Shown in pieces: positions 33,036-46,140 of a stretch of 64,000 bases of DNA. The DNA is from Amoebophrya sp. A120. Taxonomy: Eukaryota > Protista > Dinoflagellata. Under the pieces are notes generated by a model. The model saw only the letters and a list, made by a program, of their open reading frames with translations, searched no databases and was not told where the DNA came from. The first letter of the stretch is position 1; every line of letters starts with the position of its first letter. The DNA lies in NCBI GenBank assembly GCA_905178155.1, contig CAJINV010000004.1, forward strand, positions 9,158,300 through 9,222,299, given 5' to 3'. A program made the translations under genes and the position numbers.

Positions 33036-33742
33036 CATCAATGCTGCCAGAACTGTGGTAGTGGTGCTCTGTGCCCACACAGCTCGTCCTCGTGCTCGCG
33101 GGATCTCCTGGTTGGAGTAAAAAGACCCGATTCTCATTTCCGGCGCATGTTGATCTTTGTGGTTCCACGCCCTGCAGTCCTCGAGGGGTCATCTTGATAT
33201 GAAGCCATTATGTCCTGGTTTGGACTCGTCCCACCTCGCAGAAAACACAACGATTTGAGCTTGTAGATTTGAGCTTGTAGATGTGGGTTGGTGGCTGAAC
33301 AAAGACAAAAGACGAACCAACTCCAAGTGCTGGGCTCCCCAAGCTTCCTCTTGGAAGTAGAGATAGTCGGCTGCGTGCATGGTTTTGCGCTAGTGCTGGT
33401 CGTTTTTTGCTCGGGATGATTGGTGTTCGTCTTTACCGCGTCTGCAAGAACATCACGTCACTGTTCTTTCTGCAACTTCTATCGTATCTTTTCATTCAGA
33501 ACAGACTGAATAAAAATCTGACTTTTAACCGACCAGCACCAAGTAGAAGAATGTGCCCCACGTCGAGCATGAAGAAATATGCGACTTGGCGTGGAGTTGA
33601 GATCCCAAAAGAATTACTTACGCTATCAAGTAGTGTTGCGACGGAGCCGTAGCGCAGCTTTTTCTATTCCTGCGGCCTCCAACAACATAAAGAAAGAAAC
33701 TTGTCTTCCGAATAAACACGTTTCTCTGTGTCTCCTTTTTTC

Positions 33743-33814
33743 CCTCAATATATAGTATATATTGAGGCATGGACAGTCGTGTTCGTATATTATACGAACA
33801 CGACTGTCCATGCC
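33743..33814. repeat. Two abutting perfect palindromes
   Basis: CCTCAATATATA-G-TATATATTGAGG (33743-33767) and GGCATGGACAGTCGTGTTCGTATA-T-TATACGAACACGACTGTCCATGCC (33766-33814). Confidence 0.9.
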
Positions 33815-34071
33815 GCTTGTACTGAGTGTCCAGACTTAGACAGTTTCACTTTCAGTCACACGTAGTATAACAGCATCGAATTATGCGATTTTCAGTAGAA
33901 GATGAAGTACATGACTTACAGAACACGGAGATGAGCAAAGGTAAAGGTTTTCGGTAGCATAATTTTTTAGGAAAAGGACAAAACCTTACGTCCCAGCGCA
34001 CGGCCCACCAGGTCGCTCATTTGAAGTCTCTCCCTCAAACATGAATACCGAAGATTGAGACTGTCGAAAAA

Positions 34072-37000
34072 ATGAGCCTTTTCAGCGGTTTAAATGTTGT
34101 GCCCAAAACGGCGGCAGCGGCCCAGGCGTCGCCCAGTGTTGCCGAGCATGCGGACCCCGCAACTGGCGTGACAGCAGGACAACAACAAGCGCCAGCACAA
34201 CCACCGGCAGCTGCGCCTGCGCCTTCAGCATTCTCTTTCGTAAAACCGCCCACACCGACGAATGTTGCTCCTCCTTTCGCACCGCAACCAAGGGCAGCTG
34301 CTGGTGGCGGCACCGCCGCCGGCCCATCGGAGCTGTCCTCCATCTATCCACCACCAGGAGCAGCAACTTCGGCCTCCCCCGGCATCAACATGGTCCCACC
34401 AATCGACACCAATCTGGCGCTGTCCCGCAGTAACTCCAACAGTACGGTAAGGACCGAAAACACAGTTTCTGTTGTTGCAGGAGTGGAAATAAAATCAAAC
34501 CTCCACCAGCAGCAGTCCACCGTTGTCCCCGTAGAAGTGAATCCGGAGCTAATGCTGCAACAAGGACAGCCGCGAAAGAAAACGCGCAGAGCCAACGCAC
34601 CCGGGTTCCTCGCGAAGGCTTCTGCGCCCTCGCCGGTCGCCGCGGCGGCGGAGGCAATGCATGTGGCTGGAGCTGCTCCTGGAATGGTGCCGACCGCGAA
34701 CGGAGGAATAAGTAGGCCTCCGCAGCCCCCGCCTGCGCCACCTGCTGTGCCGCAGTACTCATCCAAGTCGAAAGAAGGAGAAGACGAAAATGATCATGAC
34801 CACGACGACGAGCGAATACGTACAGATGAAAATGAAAATAGCAGCCAGCCCGTCGTGGTAGGTCCGACGATTCTGACCACCAACGCAGCTAACACTCCCG
34901 GAGGCGAAAGTGCGAAATCTGCGTCCACTACAGGTCCAGGAGGATCTACTACGCAGTTACCACTACCAAGCACAACAGGACAAGCCGACACAAGAACTAC
35001 AGCCTCTTCCTCCAAACCCCATCCACCTCCCGTGGAGGAACAGCCCACGCCGTCTGGCGGCGGAGGTATGGTTTCGTCTATGTTTTCCTTCTTACGCGGC
35101 GCGGTAAGCAGTAGCGGATCTTCGTCCACCACGGCGGGAGGTGGTGTCGCCAGTACGGGCATGACGCCACCGCCGTCCGGATCGACAACAACGACAAGTA
35201 AACAGAGCACGCCGCCGCCACCACCACCACCGCCGCCAGTCACTAGTATGATGAACAACAATACTAGCAGTGCTGCAAGTGCTGGGACAATGCCTGGAAC
35301 GCCGGTGAATATTAAAGCAGTAGCAGCACCCTCTGCCTTCGGTTTCTTGCAGGCCCCGGCGAGTGCGACGATGGGGCAGCAACAAGGAGGAGGATCTTCT
35401 ACCACTTCCGGTAGCGCAGCGGCTAATACGCAGCAGCACTATTCCGTTCCGCTCGGAGGGTCAGCAACAAGAACAGCATCATCCTCGGACGTCAGGCCGT
35501 CGTCCCCTGCGGCCGTGTCCTCGACCACAAATGCGGGAGGGATGAATAAAACGTTGGACCAAGAAATCGCCAACGTTTTCAACTGTGCCGGGCTGCAGCA
35601 TTTGTTTGTCAAGGTCAAAGCCGTGCACGAGAAGGAGGAGCAGGCCACGCTGGAAAGACTCGAGTTGCAGCAAAAGGGACTGCAGGAGGCGCAAGCCAAG
35701 GTAAGTCTGAGTCGTGCTAGGTAGGGTTTACGACCACGTTGTTTCTATTGATTCATCTGATGCGTTGCAGCACTGCTCGTATGTGCCTGTACTTGTACTT
35801 CTACACCAGAAATGTAAGCAGGAGGACAAGCACAGCTCGCGTTCGTCTCCATTGCATTTAAAACTCGAAGACATATTGTTTGACAGCAAGAATTATGGAA
35901 CACAACGTCTACTTCATACAAATCACGCACGACCAGATTCACGCCCTCGAAAGCGAGTTGGCCAAAGCAGAGGAGGAGCAGTTAGCGTTGTGTGAAAGTG
36001 AAAAATTCGCGGAGGCCGAGCTGGTAACGGACCGGATTGAGCGAATCAAGGGCGAAATTGTGGACACGTCGAACCGAGGAAATAACCGCAGCACTGAGTT
36101 CTTGCAGGAGCGCGAGTATCTGCTGTCCTTATTTCGGCGAATGGTCGTGATGCTATATGTCAAGGCAGCTTATGGTGGATCAAGCACGCTAACGTTTTTC
36201 TGACTGTGGTTGTTTTTCATCTCGATGCCCTGCTCGCTGTGAGCTCACTCTAGGCACCGTAAAGAAGCTTTTGCAAGTGGTTGTACTCCTACTAACTCTG
36301 CTGAACTACATCCTACACTACTATATCAACAACATCATCATCTTCCACCAGGTCTCTGTCCCGGGCCCGGCGCGTTGCGGCACTGCAGCTGGCCAGCCAC
36401 GTGGGCGCGCTGCTGAACAAGGCGGGCCTTCTGAAAGAAGAGGCGGAGTCGTACTTTGCGCGGCAGCGCGACACCCTGGAGACGAAGATTTCCACGGAAA
36501 CGCGGCGGCTCCGCGCGGAGAAGCAGCGCATCGAAACGAACCGTGACTACAACCTGCGCGAGTCCACCCATTTGGCGGAGGAGCGACAGCAGATCGACAA
36601 CGCGATCACGTCGCAAACGGAAACGTTTCAGGACCAATTAACTCTGGCGGAGGGCAAGGAGAAGGTTCTGCAGGAGGAGATAGCGGAGCTGCAGGCGAAA
36701 TTGGCGCAGAAGTTCTCGGAGCTTTCCGAGGTGCAGGCAAGCATCGGCGACAATCGCATGAAGATTTCGACCGTGCAGAGCAAGTTCACGCGGCAGTTCG
36801 AGAGGATGACGAAGACGGAGTCGCGGCTGCTGGAAAGCAAGGCGGAAACGAAGCTGGACGTGCAAGCATTGCAGCAGGCAGTGGAGGACTGGAAGGTGGA
36901 TAAAAAAGCGCTGAAGACCATCGACAAGCGCAAGGTCTTCGAGCTCGAGAACCTCACCACTGAAGAAACGCAGATGGCCCTGGTGCTGCTCGAGGTCGAG

Positions 37001-39956
37001 GCCTATCTGGTCGCACTGGTAGGAGGAGGGGCAGCGGCTGAAGGGACCACGGCCACGGGCGCTGCCAGTAGCACAAGCGCAACGGCAACATCATCAACGT
37101 CGTTGGCCATGATGAAGACCACGCCGAGTTGTAAAACTTCGCCAGAGGAGGCTTCGCTTTTGAGCCAGACCGCGAGCTATCAGCAGCGGCTCTCTGCGGT
37201 TGTGTCCACCTTGGCAGCAGTAAGGGGCTCATCAAAAACTTCTTCAAGACCCGAGCAGAACGATGAAGAAGTTCTTTCGCCCCCTCCTGCGGGCAATGAA
37301 GACGACACACCGGCAGGCGGTGTTGTTGTTGTACCAGACTCAACTAAAAGCCAGACACAGCAACTCCCTCTGCGCAACAATCTTGTCCTGCTGCGTAAGG
37401 CGCTGGACGACAGTCAAGAAACCTTCCGCCTCGCGTCCAGCGATCTCGCTGAGAAGCGATGTCACGTGCAGAATTTAGAAGCAAAGGTGAAAGCACTAGG
37501 CTTGGAAGATTGTACGACCAATCCGGGGGACGAGAATTCCAATGCAACCCTTTCCCAGACCGAGCTGTTTCAAATCGAAAAGGACAAACTGGAGGCCGAA
37601 AAGAAGCTCGCGATCGCCGCCCGGAATTTCAAAGAGGCTGGACGGCTCACCGCAGAAGCGAAATCGCTGGAGAAGCGAAAGCAGGACTACGAGGAGCTGC
37701 AGGAGAAGAAAAAGCTTGAGCTGGCGGAAACGCAGCAACTCCTGGTGGAAAAGCGGGCGGGGTTGGAAGCGGAAGAAAAGGAGGCGAAGGCGAAAGAGGC
37801 CGACGCTGACATCTGCGAGTACCTGGTCACGGAGGCGGTGTTGAGCCGGTTGAAAGGTGGCGGCAATGCTAGAACAACGTCGGAGGTCGTGCAACACGGT
37901 CGTGAGGGGACCAAGAAAAGCGCTGGTGCGCCAGTATCTACTCCAGCGTCAGGCGGCGTGGGTGGGTGTGTTGAGGAAGCTTCTCCACCGGCGGAAGAGC
38001 CTGTTCTATTACTCTCTAACATGAAGACCCAGACCGCGAAAGAGTGCGAAATGTTGCAAAAACATCTGGCGTACCTGGGCCAAAAAGTGCTGCAGCTTTC
38101 TCTTCACACGGGTGGTGCAGCGACAGCCACAGCCACGGCTAGTAGTACCGCTGCGGGCGGACAAGACGCGAAGTCTTCCAACGCGCCCGTGCTCGAGCAC
38201 ATCTTGAGTGACAAATTGGAACAAATCGCTGCAGATGCAGAACAAGGGGACGAGAAATCAGCGGAACAAAGAGCGGAAGATGCTCGCAAAAAGAGCGACA
38301 AAAAGAGTTCTTCGCCACTCTTTTACCTCTCGGACGATTCCGATTCGACGTCGAAGCGACAAGCAGAACTTGGTAAGCAGATCGAGGCGCTGTGGGCCAG
38401 CCTGGTCGGAGGAGTTGTGGGCGCAGGAGGATCTACTTCACGCGGTGTCGCGGTCGTCACCACAGCTGGAACGGCAACGAACGCAGGAGGAGGACAGAAT
38501 GAGGACGGGGCGGTGAGCGACGACGAATCGGATGTCGGTGCGGAGGAATTTTTGATTTCTGAGGAAATCTCGCATGCAGCACCAGGTGGAGCGGTTGTGG
38601 TTTCAGAAGTCGAAGCCTCGTCCTCCTCCCCTGATAAAGTGGTAAAAATGAACCAGGAGCACGAGCAGACACTTGTTCTTGGTGGCGCGCCGCCACCGCC
38701 GACCGATGTTCCCGCGAGCGCCACTGCAAAGAACAGTGAGCCAAGTGAAACGCCAGACCGTGGGCAACAAGATAAAAATCTGCGACAGAATGTTGATTTT
38801 CCACCAGCTAGTACAGCCCAAAGTGATCATGTTGGTCAAAAGGGCGATAGTGACAATGTAGCAGAAGGAGCAGCTGCGGTGGAACATCAAAGAGTGCAAA
38901 AAGAGTTATCTTCGCCAGCAGTGCAGCCAGCTGAAGGAGATGAAAACGAAAGAGCAGCGCCTCCTTGTCCTCCTTCTGCTGTAACAGATGCGACACGGGT
39001 GGTGATACATCAAGAACATCACCAGCCCTCCATCGAAGACGACCCCGAGCTGCTGGCTCGGAAAATAGAGCTTGAACTCACTATTGCCGACGTGGTTGAG
39101 ACTGTACTGCCGGACCTGGAGGTGGCGATCAACGACTGTATAGAGAACGAGCGTATCGTCCGGTGAAAGTAGGTGTGTCCTTCTCGTGAGCGACTCCGAG
39201 CGAGTTGTTCATGTTCTTGCAAAGTACTTACTACTGAATCGCAGTGCTGCTGCTCTGCTTTCTTTTGTTTGTATGTTGACAAAGTGCATTTTTACACGTA
39301 AAAGTAACTCACTGCTTTTGCCTTGCATAGCGAAATTTGAAAAAGCGGACGAGTTAGAAGCGCAGAGGTTGGAACAGCAGCAAAACCTTGCCAGCATGCA
39401 GACCGAGCTGCGAAAACTCCTAGCCGATGTGAAGCCTCCAATTAAGCAGGAAAACCACCACGACGAGATCGAAGCTCCGTCTACCCCGCAGGAACTACGA
39501 AAGGTGGTTTTACAGGAGGGTGCGCACGAAGCGGCCGAAGATGAGGAAGGTGAGAGATCAATTCCAAGACAACCAAGCACCGCGGACGAGTCTAGTAAAG
39601 GAGCAACAATATCGCCAGTTGCGATGAATACTACAACAACCGGATTGATTTCGTTCATTGACGATGATGCGTTGCAGACGAACTTCGATGTTGGCCTCGG
39701 CACCGCCAGCCTGATCACCAGTTCTACACCAATAGGCGGGCCCGATGCACATGCACATGGTGCAGGTGCACTGCAAGAAGAGGACAACCTTTTGCTCATT
39801 CCGCCTGCAACTGCGAATACATCCTCAACAGCTACGGAAATCCTGTACTGTGCGGACCAAACCCGAATCTTGGAGGAGGTCTTCGCGCCCTCACCGGCCC
39901 TGACCGACCACTCATCCGCGGCGGCCAACGAGCTCTATTTTCTGGAGGAATTATGA
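34072..39956 (+). CDS. Large Pro/Ser/Thr-rich and coiled-coil protein with UVR (UvrB/C)-like helical motifs
   Basis: Exons 34072-35700, 35937-36115, 36352-39152, 39331-39956 via GT-AG introns of phase 0, 2 and 1. Motifs ESEKFAEAELV, AIAARNFKEAGRL and ENE(P)KFEKADEL. Confidence 0.7.
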
Positions 39957-40929
39957 CTTTCGCTTTTCCTTAGCTGCTGATCATGCTGATGCTGGCTAGG
40001 ACGAGGTCAAGAACAGGTGCTGGCGTGGTTCCTTGATCAGTGTCACGCTACAATACAGCGACAGTGCCGGCAAAGGAAACCACGAGAAAACCAGGAGGGG
40101 CAGATGAGACATGACAAAACCAACGGTGTCATTCGATGTCCCAATTGCTGCAACGCTCGAAAAAAGTTTTTGAAGAGTCAATTTACCTTGAAAGTATCTT
40201 TTCTCCGAATCGGAAGCGGAAGGTAATTTCTGATATTACCTCATTGAGACTTTCACGGCACGGTTGCGAGGCTTTACATGTGCTAGTAGCGACACCGACA
40301 TAACAGCGACATAAGTCAAAAACTTTTCTTCCTGGAACGACACTGAACATCCATGCAGGCCCGATTGTTTCCTGGAGGCTGCTGAAGCTTCATTCAAAAC
40401 GATTTGGTTTGGCCTCGCCGTTGTGCAGCATGCGATGTTCGATACTGACGTATGACCTGCAGTCGTCGATCTTTAAAGATTGCAGTGACTGAGCTGGTTC
40501 GTGTTGCGTTTACCTTTACGATCTCCCGAAGAATGCCTCCCCCGATAGTGCAAGCAAGGTTGTTATTTGGAAGTATGTTTCGGAGGTTCATCTTTACATG
40601 AAAGTGAGACAGAGGGTCCCATTGAAACGGAAAACCCAAGTCGATCAAAAAGTTCTTGGGTGCATGCGGGCGTGCCGCCGTGTGGCTGAATTCTCTGATC
40701 CAGCAAGGCGCTGCATCAATATCGGAACGATATCTTCTGCTGCTCGAGAGAAAAAAATTAGACCCCCTTCTTAGTTACTTTTCTATTTGGAAAAGCGAAA
40801 AGCTTGGGCCAATACATCGATCAAAACCTTTCCGCATAATTAACCCTAAGTACTGCGAGGACGAGTACATCGCTTACATTCAATTATACTGAGCGAAATT
40901 GATTGAAACACCAAAATCGCATCGCCATC

Positions 40930-43900
40930 ATGTTCGGGCCATCCTCGTCCAAGTCGCACCTGTTGACCACAGGGTCAGAGACCGGACAAGGCCCGTCCTT
41001 CATTGACGAAGGAGCGGACGCGTCAGCCAGTCTCTCGACGTCCTTGAACCCCCACGCCTTCGTGCTGCAGCACTTTGCGCAGGCGACCGGGAGAGCAGAT
41101 CAAGATCATGTTCTTGTTGACCCTACCAATACAACAGGAGGTGTTCATCAAGGAACCTCGACTTCTGCCACGGCAACAACTACTTCTCTGCCCTCCCTCG
41201 CCTCGCGCAATCTGCTGCGTCGACAAGTCTATGCGGCGCTGGACGACTGCACGGCCCAGCAGCAGCGGGACATATACGAGGCAAACCGAGCGGAAGATGT
41301 TGCAGCTTTATCCTCTACTAACGATGATCCTGCTCCGCAGCCGAAAGACGAGGCCGAGAGAAGCCAGATGCAGGCACAGTGGTTCCAGAAACAGTTGCAA
41401 TGCGAGTCGTATGCGGGCGGTAATAAAGGTAGAATGTCCACGTCCACGACGAGCTATGACCTGGAGAGAAGAACGTGGCTTCAAACACTTGTTTTCATGT
41501 TCCTACGATTCTATGACTTTATCCGGTTCTTCTTTGTCTTCTTTCCCGCGCTGGCCGTCGGGATGGTGCCGGCGGCTCTGGTGGGAATTTCTTGCCGCGT
41601 TTTGGTCAACCCTGTTTTGCGTCACGTGTTTAAAATTTCCGAGCACGACATGCCGAACGTGAAATTTCTCGCACCGCTGCTGGGCGAGGCGCTGGCTTCC
41701 GCGATCGGCTGCGAGGCCGTTGTGGAGGGTTTAGAGCACCTGGCAGAGGTCAGAGGGCCGGTATCGGGTGGACAGAACAAACCACCGTCCTTCATCGGAG
41801 CAACGTTGCAGTCCTCGCCTGGGCCAGAAACAGAATACAGTCACGTACTCGACACTACTTGCTCTCTACTTTGTTTCTGTATCGGTCGTCCGGACACGAC
41901 ATTTTGCTAGTACTCGGAACGAGTACTAGCAGAACCAGAATGTGTATGTGATTGAAGATTTCTTTTTCTTTCACAACGGTTTATGTTGGAAAAAAAAAAA
42001 TCTCAAGGAAATTCTACCGACGGCCTGAGGAGATTCTCCCTCAAGGAGATTCCCCCCCATAAAATTCGAATTGTGAGCTGGCGTTGAGCTTCATGCTCAT
42101 AGCAAGCATAGAAAGATATAGTGGACAAGACGAGCGCTGGCGCTCGTGCAAGATGAAGGGACGAGCGTGGGCCAGAGTACGTGCGCGCCGACCGTTGCCA
42201 CCAAGAGCCCCCGGCCCGCCTGTGCACCGGGGGCGGAATACTTGTTGGCCCTGCCCTTCGCCCGCCTGCCCCGCCCGCGTGGCGACAGCCTTGCTGCAGC
42301 ATCAGCGCCAGCCTTGCTGCAGCGCTCCGTCCTTACATACAAAACGCGCGCAGCAGCTTTCCTCCTGATTGGCTCCCGGCGGCGCGGTGGCAGCATTTCT
42401 TTTTTTCGGTGTTTTTCGTCTTTGAAACTGGACAGAGCAGGACAGCTTCTGCTTTTGCGCGCGCACTCTCTCGCCAGTGGTTAGCAATAAAAATGCAAAA
42501 AAAATTTCGCGTTGCGCGCGTGCCCCTACCTGTGGGCCCCTTTGTAGCCGGTGCGGTTGTGTGGCTTGCACGGCCGACAGCAAGAGCCGGCTAGCTTTTT
42601 ATGCTCGCACGCATTCCCGGGCCTTGCAGAGCAACGACCTTGCTCCGCACACGAGCAGCGCGCGCTGCGTCCTCCCTTTCTTTGCGCCGACGGCGCTGCG
42701 CTTCAAATTTCTGCACCGTCGCAGCGGCTTTTTTTATTTCGGGCGCGTGCCGCGCCCGCTCTGCCCGTCGTTGCTTCGCGCCGACGGCCTCGCGCCTTCG
42801 TTCGCGGACCTTCAAAATTGCCTCCGCGCGCGCGCAGCACGTGCTCCGCTCCTCGTTGTTTCGCGCTGACGGCTTTGCGCTTTTTTTTCACGAGCGCACG
42901 GCAAAAATTTTTGTCGCGCGCGTGCCACACGCGTTCCACCCTTCGTTCCGCCGCATCGATGCCCTTGCGCTTTCTTTCATGGGCGGCCGGCCGACAAAAA
43001 AAAATTTCTTACGCGCGCGCTGCGCGCGCTCCACCTTTCGTTGCTTCGCGCCAGCGCCCTTGTAGTTTGTTGCCTGCGCGGGTGCCAGACAAAAATTTTT
43101 TGCGCGCGCGCCCAACCTTTCTCTGCTTCGCGCCCGCCAGCTCCCCTGCAGCTTCTTGCACGGGGGCCCGAAAAATTTTTTTTTCGCGCGCGCGGTGCGC
43201 GCGCCCCATCCTTTGTTGCTTCGCGCCAGCGCCCTTGCAGTTTCTTACACGGGTGGCCGACAAAAATTTTTCTCGCGCGCGCCAGCGAACTTGCACTTTC
43301 TTGCACGGGTGGCCGACAGAAAAACTTTTCGGGCGGGCGCAGCGCGCGCTGCATCCTTCGCTGTGTCGCGCTACCGCCCGCGCAGTTTCTGTCTCGCACG
43401 GATAACCGACGAAAAATTTTCTCGCGCGCGCTGCGCGCGCGTCATCCTTCACTGTTTCGCGCCAACGGCCTGGCGGTTCGTTTCTATCTTGCGCGGGCGA
43501 CCAAAAAAATTTTTCTTTCCCGCGCGCGCTGCGCGCGCCCCTCCCTTCGCTGCTTCGCGCCAACGCCCTGGTGGGTTCGTATCTTGGACGGGCGACCAAA
43601 AAAATTTTCTTCCTCGCGCGCGCTGCGCGCGCGCCATCCTTTATTGCCTCGGCTCGCGCCAACGCGCTGGACGAGGCTTCTACTATGCACGGGGGGCCGG
43701 CGAATGCGAAAATTTCTTCTCGTGCGCGCGCTGCGCGCGCTGCAACCTGCACTGCCTCGCGCCAACGCCCTGGCGGCTTCTACTTTGCACGGCCCGGTGG
43801 CCGGCGAAAATTTTCTCTCGCGCGCGCGCTGCGCGCGCTCCAACCTGCATTGTCTCGCGCCAACGTCCTCGCCGTTTCATTCTTGCGCGGGTGGCTGACA

Positions 43901-46140
43901 AAAAGTTTGCTCGCGCGCGCGGCGCGCACTGCTCCATCCTTCGCACCTTCGCGCCGGCGCCTCGGCAGTTTCTATCTCGCACGGGCGACCGACAATTTTT
44001 TTTTTGGGGCGCGCCTGCACTTGCGCTATCCGCGGCTTCGCTGCTTCGGCCTCGCGCCTTTCTAATTTCTTGCACGGGTGGCCGACACAATTTTTTTTTC
44101 GCGCGCGTGCCGCGATCGTGCTCTTCTTCTTCGTTGCCCTACGCCGAAGGCCATACGTGTCTGTTCGCTCGCGGCTGGCCGGCGAAAATCTCTTTCATTC
44201 ACGGGCGCGCGATTTGGTTTCTTTGGTGTGGGCATTGATTTGGCGTGGTGTACTCGGGCTACCCCGGGTCGTGGGTCCACGGGCTTGATGTTGCCGAGTC
44301 ACTATTTCGGTGGGGCGCCGGCCGCCGCAAGTTGCAGGGCCTGTTGTTCCGGTCGTTAGGAAGGGCCCGCCTTGGCGGGCGGGTGCCCTTGAAATCGCGC
44401 CAGATGAACAGCCCGGGGCTCGTTGCCCTTGCAATCTCGCTGAAGTTGCTGAGGGGTGGCCTCCTTTTCAAATTGCACCCACGCAAGCATGCAGCGCCTG
44501 AGCGGCTGCCGGGCGCCTGGCCCTTGGCTTGGGGTTGAGCTCTTGTTGCGCGACTTGCCTCGCGCGCTTTGTGTTTCGTTTGAGGTCGATTCTAGGTGGT
44601 CGTGGGGGTGGTTTGCCTTTGAGGTCGCTCCAGAGCGGGTGCGGGGTGATCTGCCTCTGATGCGCTCTGGTGCGAACGGCTGAGAGGCGACTTGCCGTTA
44701 AAGCGGTCGAGGGACGACTTGCTTTTTGTTGCGGCTTCGCAGCGGCCACATCGGGCAGAATGGGCGTGAAATTGCGGCCGTTCTTCGGGCTTTATAGGGC
44801 AGTGCACGTGTGAGATTGCATGGGGCAAAGCGCCCTCTAGCGCGGCGCCATAGTCGGCAGGGCGCCCGGGAAAGGCTTCGTAGGGCCTTGCGCCCTTGAG
44901 CTTGCGTCTGCGTCGGGCCGCATAGGGCAGTGCGCCCGCCCTTGAAGATGCGGCTTGGGCCGCAGAGGGCGCCTCGCCCCTGGAATTGCACTGCGCCCGG
45001 GCGCCCAACCCCAAGGGCGATAAGTCCCGCTTTTGTGGTTTTCTGGCGGGCTATGAGAATCTCCTTGGGAGAAGGGGAGCGAGAGAGCGGGGGGAGGTGA
45101 AGGAAAAAGAAGCACATGAAGGAAAAAGAAGCACATGAAGGAAAAAGAAGCACATGAAGGAAAAAGAAGCACATGAAGGAAAAAAAAAAAAGAAAGAAGG
45201 AAAAAGAAAAGAAAAAGGAAGAGGAGGGGGAGGAGGGGAGGAGATTCTCCTGGGGGTCCAGGAGAATCTCCTTGGGCCAAGGAGATTCTCCGAGATTTTC
45301 CTTGAAGTCGCCCATGTGAATTTCACTATGGGTCGTGTACCTGTACGCGCATGTGGATTGGTCTTGCACATACTTACTTATACGTGCCCAGGCTCCTGTC
45401 ACGTTGACTTTGCTGGTGAAGATAGCAAGCAATTTTCCCCGGAACAATGGAATTCGCCGTCTACCACTACCACGACCGCCAAGCAGTACATCGCCATGTT
45501 CTCGCACGCCTCTGGAGTGGACCCCTTCGTCGTGATGCAAGTGCTGGCGCCACACTGCGTGTTTCTGTGGACCTTCAAGGCGGAGCTGATGTTCCTCCCT
45601 GGCCCGTTTTTCATGGCGTACGGCGTCAGCTGCGAGGCCGGCGTGATGAATCGGGGCAATCGTGCGCAGGCGATCAAGACCTGCAGCCGGCTTGCGGCCT
45701 CCCCCCTGCCGCCGATGTGCGCCCCGGAGGGTACTCGGACCAAATCCGGTTTGATTCTGCCGGAACTGAAGAAGGGCATGTTTCACGTGCGCACCGAGCG
45801 GCAGGCCGACATCCTGCCCATTTACCTGAATGGCAACTTTGAGGTGTGGCCGCCCACGTCAATAGTCCCCACATTCGGCCGCGTTGTGGTTCAGGTTTTG
45901 CCAGTGCTCTCCGTTTCGGCCGAGGAAGATCTGGACACGACGCGGACCAAAGTGCGCAAAGTGTTTCTCCGCGCGGCGGCGCGGCGGGCCGAGCTAGCGA
46001 CGAATTCCATGTCTCTGCGATTTTTGCTGAGGCACTTCTTCGTCTGGTTGCCTTTCTGGCTGGTGTCCTTTTTTGTCACGTGGAAAATGTTGGAACAGAT
46101 GTTTGAACAGGGTTACTGGTGCTTCATACACTATCTCTGA
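40930..46140 (+). CDS. 1-acyl-sn-glycerol-3-phosphate acyltransferase (PlsC/LPAAT family) split by a ~3.5-kb intron
   Basis: The 5' ORF has a TM segment and VVEGLEHL. The 3' ORF has SHASGVDP (HxxxxD motif), APEGTR, LKKGMF and ILPIYL. The exact splice junction (donor ~41749-41885, acceptor ~45391) is not resolved. Confidence 0.75.
41905..41931. repeat. Perfect 12-bp hairpin
   Basis: TGCTAGTACTCG-GAA-CGAGTACTAGCA, located at the 5' ORF stop. Confidence 0.8.
42640..44210. repeat. Degenerate ~92-bp tandem repeat (~15+ copies)
   Basis: Recurring AAAATTTT-CGCGCGCG-CTGCGCGCGC...CTTCGCGCC...GCACGGGTGGCCGAC, e.g. at ~42902, 42995, 43090, 43170, 43261, 43411, 43502, 43597, 43708, 43806, 43899, 43993 and 44088. 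Confidence 0.85.
45099..45174. repeat. Perfect 19-bp minisatellite x4
   Basis: (GAAGGAAAAAGAAGCACAT)4 followed by a purine tract. Confidence 0.95.

Larger units (their letters stand above)
42003..45305. mobile_element. Large GC-rich repeat-laden insertion with short TIR and subterminal GGAGA(T/A)TCTCC palindromes
   Basis: TCAAGGAAATTCT...AGATTTTCCTTGA; the GGAGATTCTCC motif repeats near both ends; no DR identified; no credible protein. Confidence 0.6.

Noticed and set aside
42551-44290. Long Arg/Ala-rich ORFs on both strands as genes
   Set aside because: Products of a stop-poor GC-rich tandem repeat.
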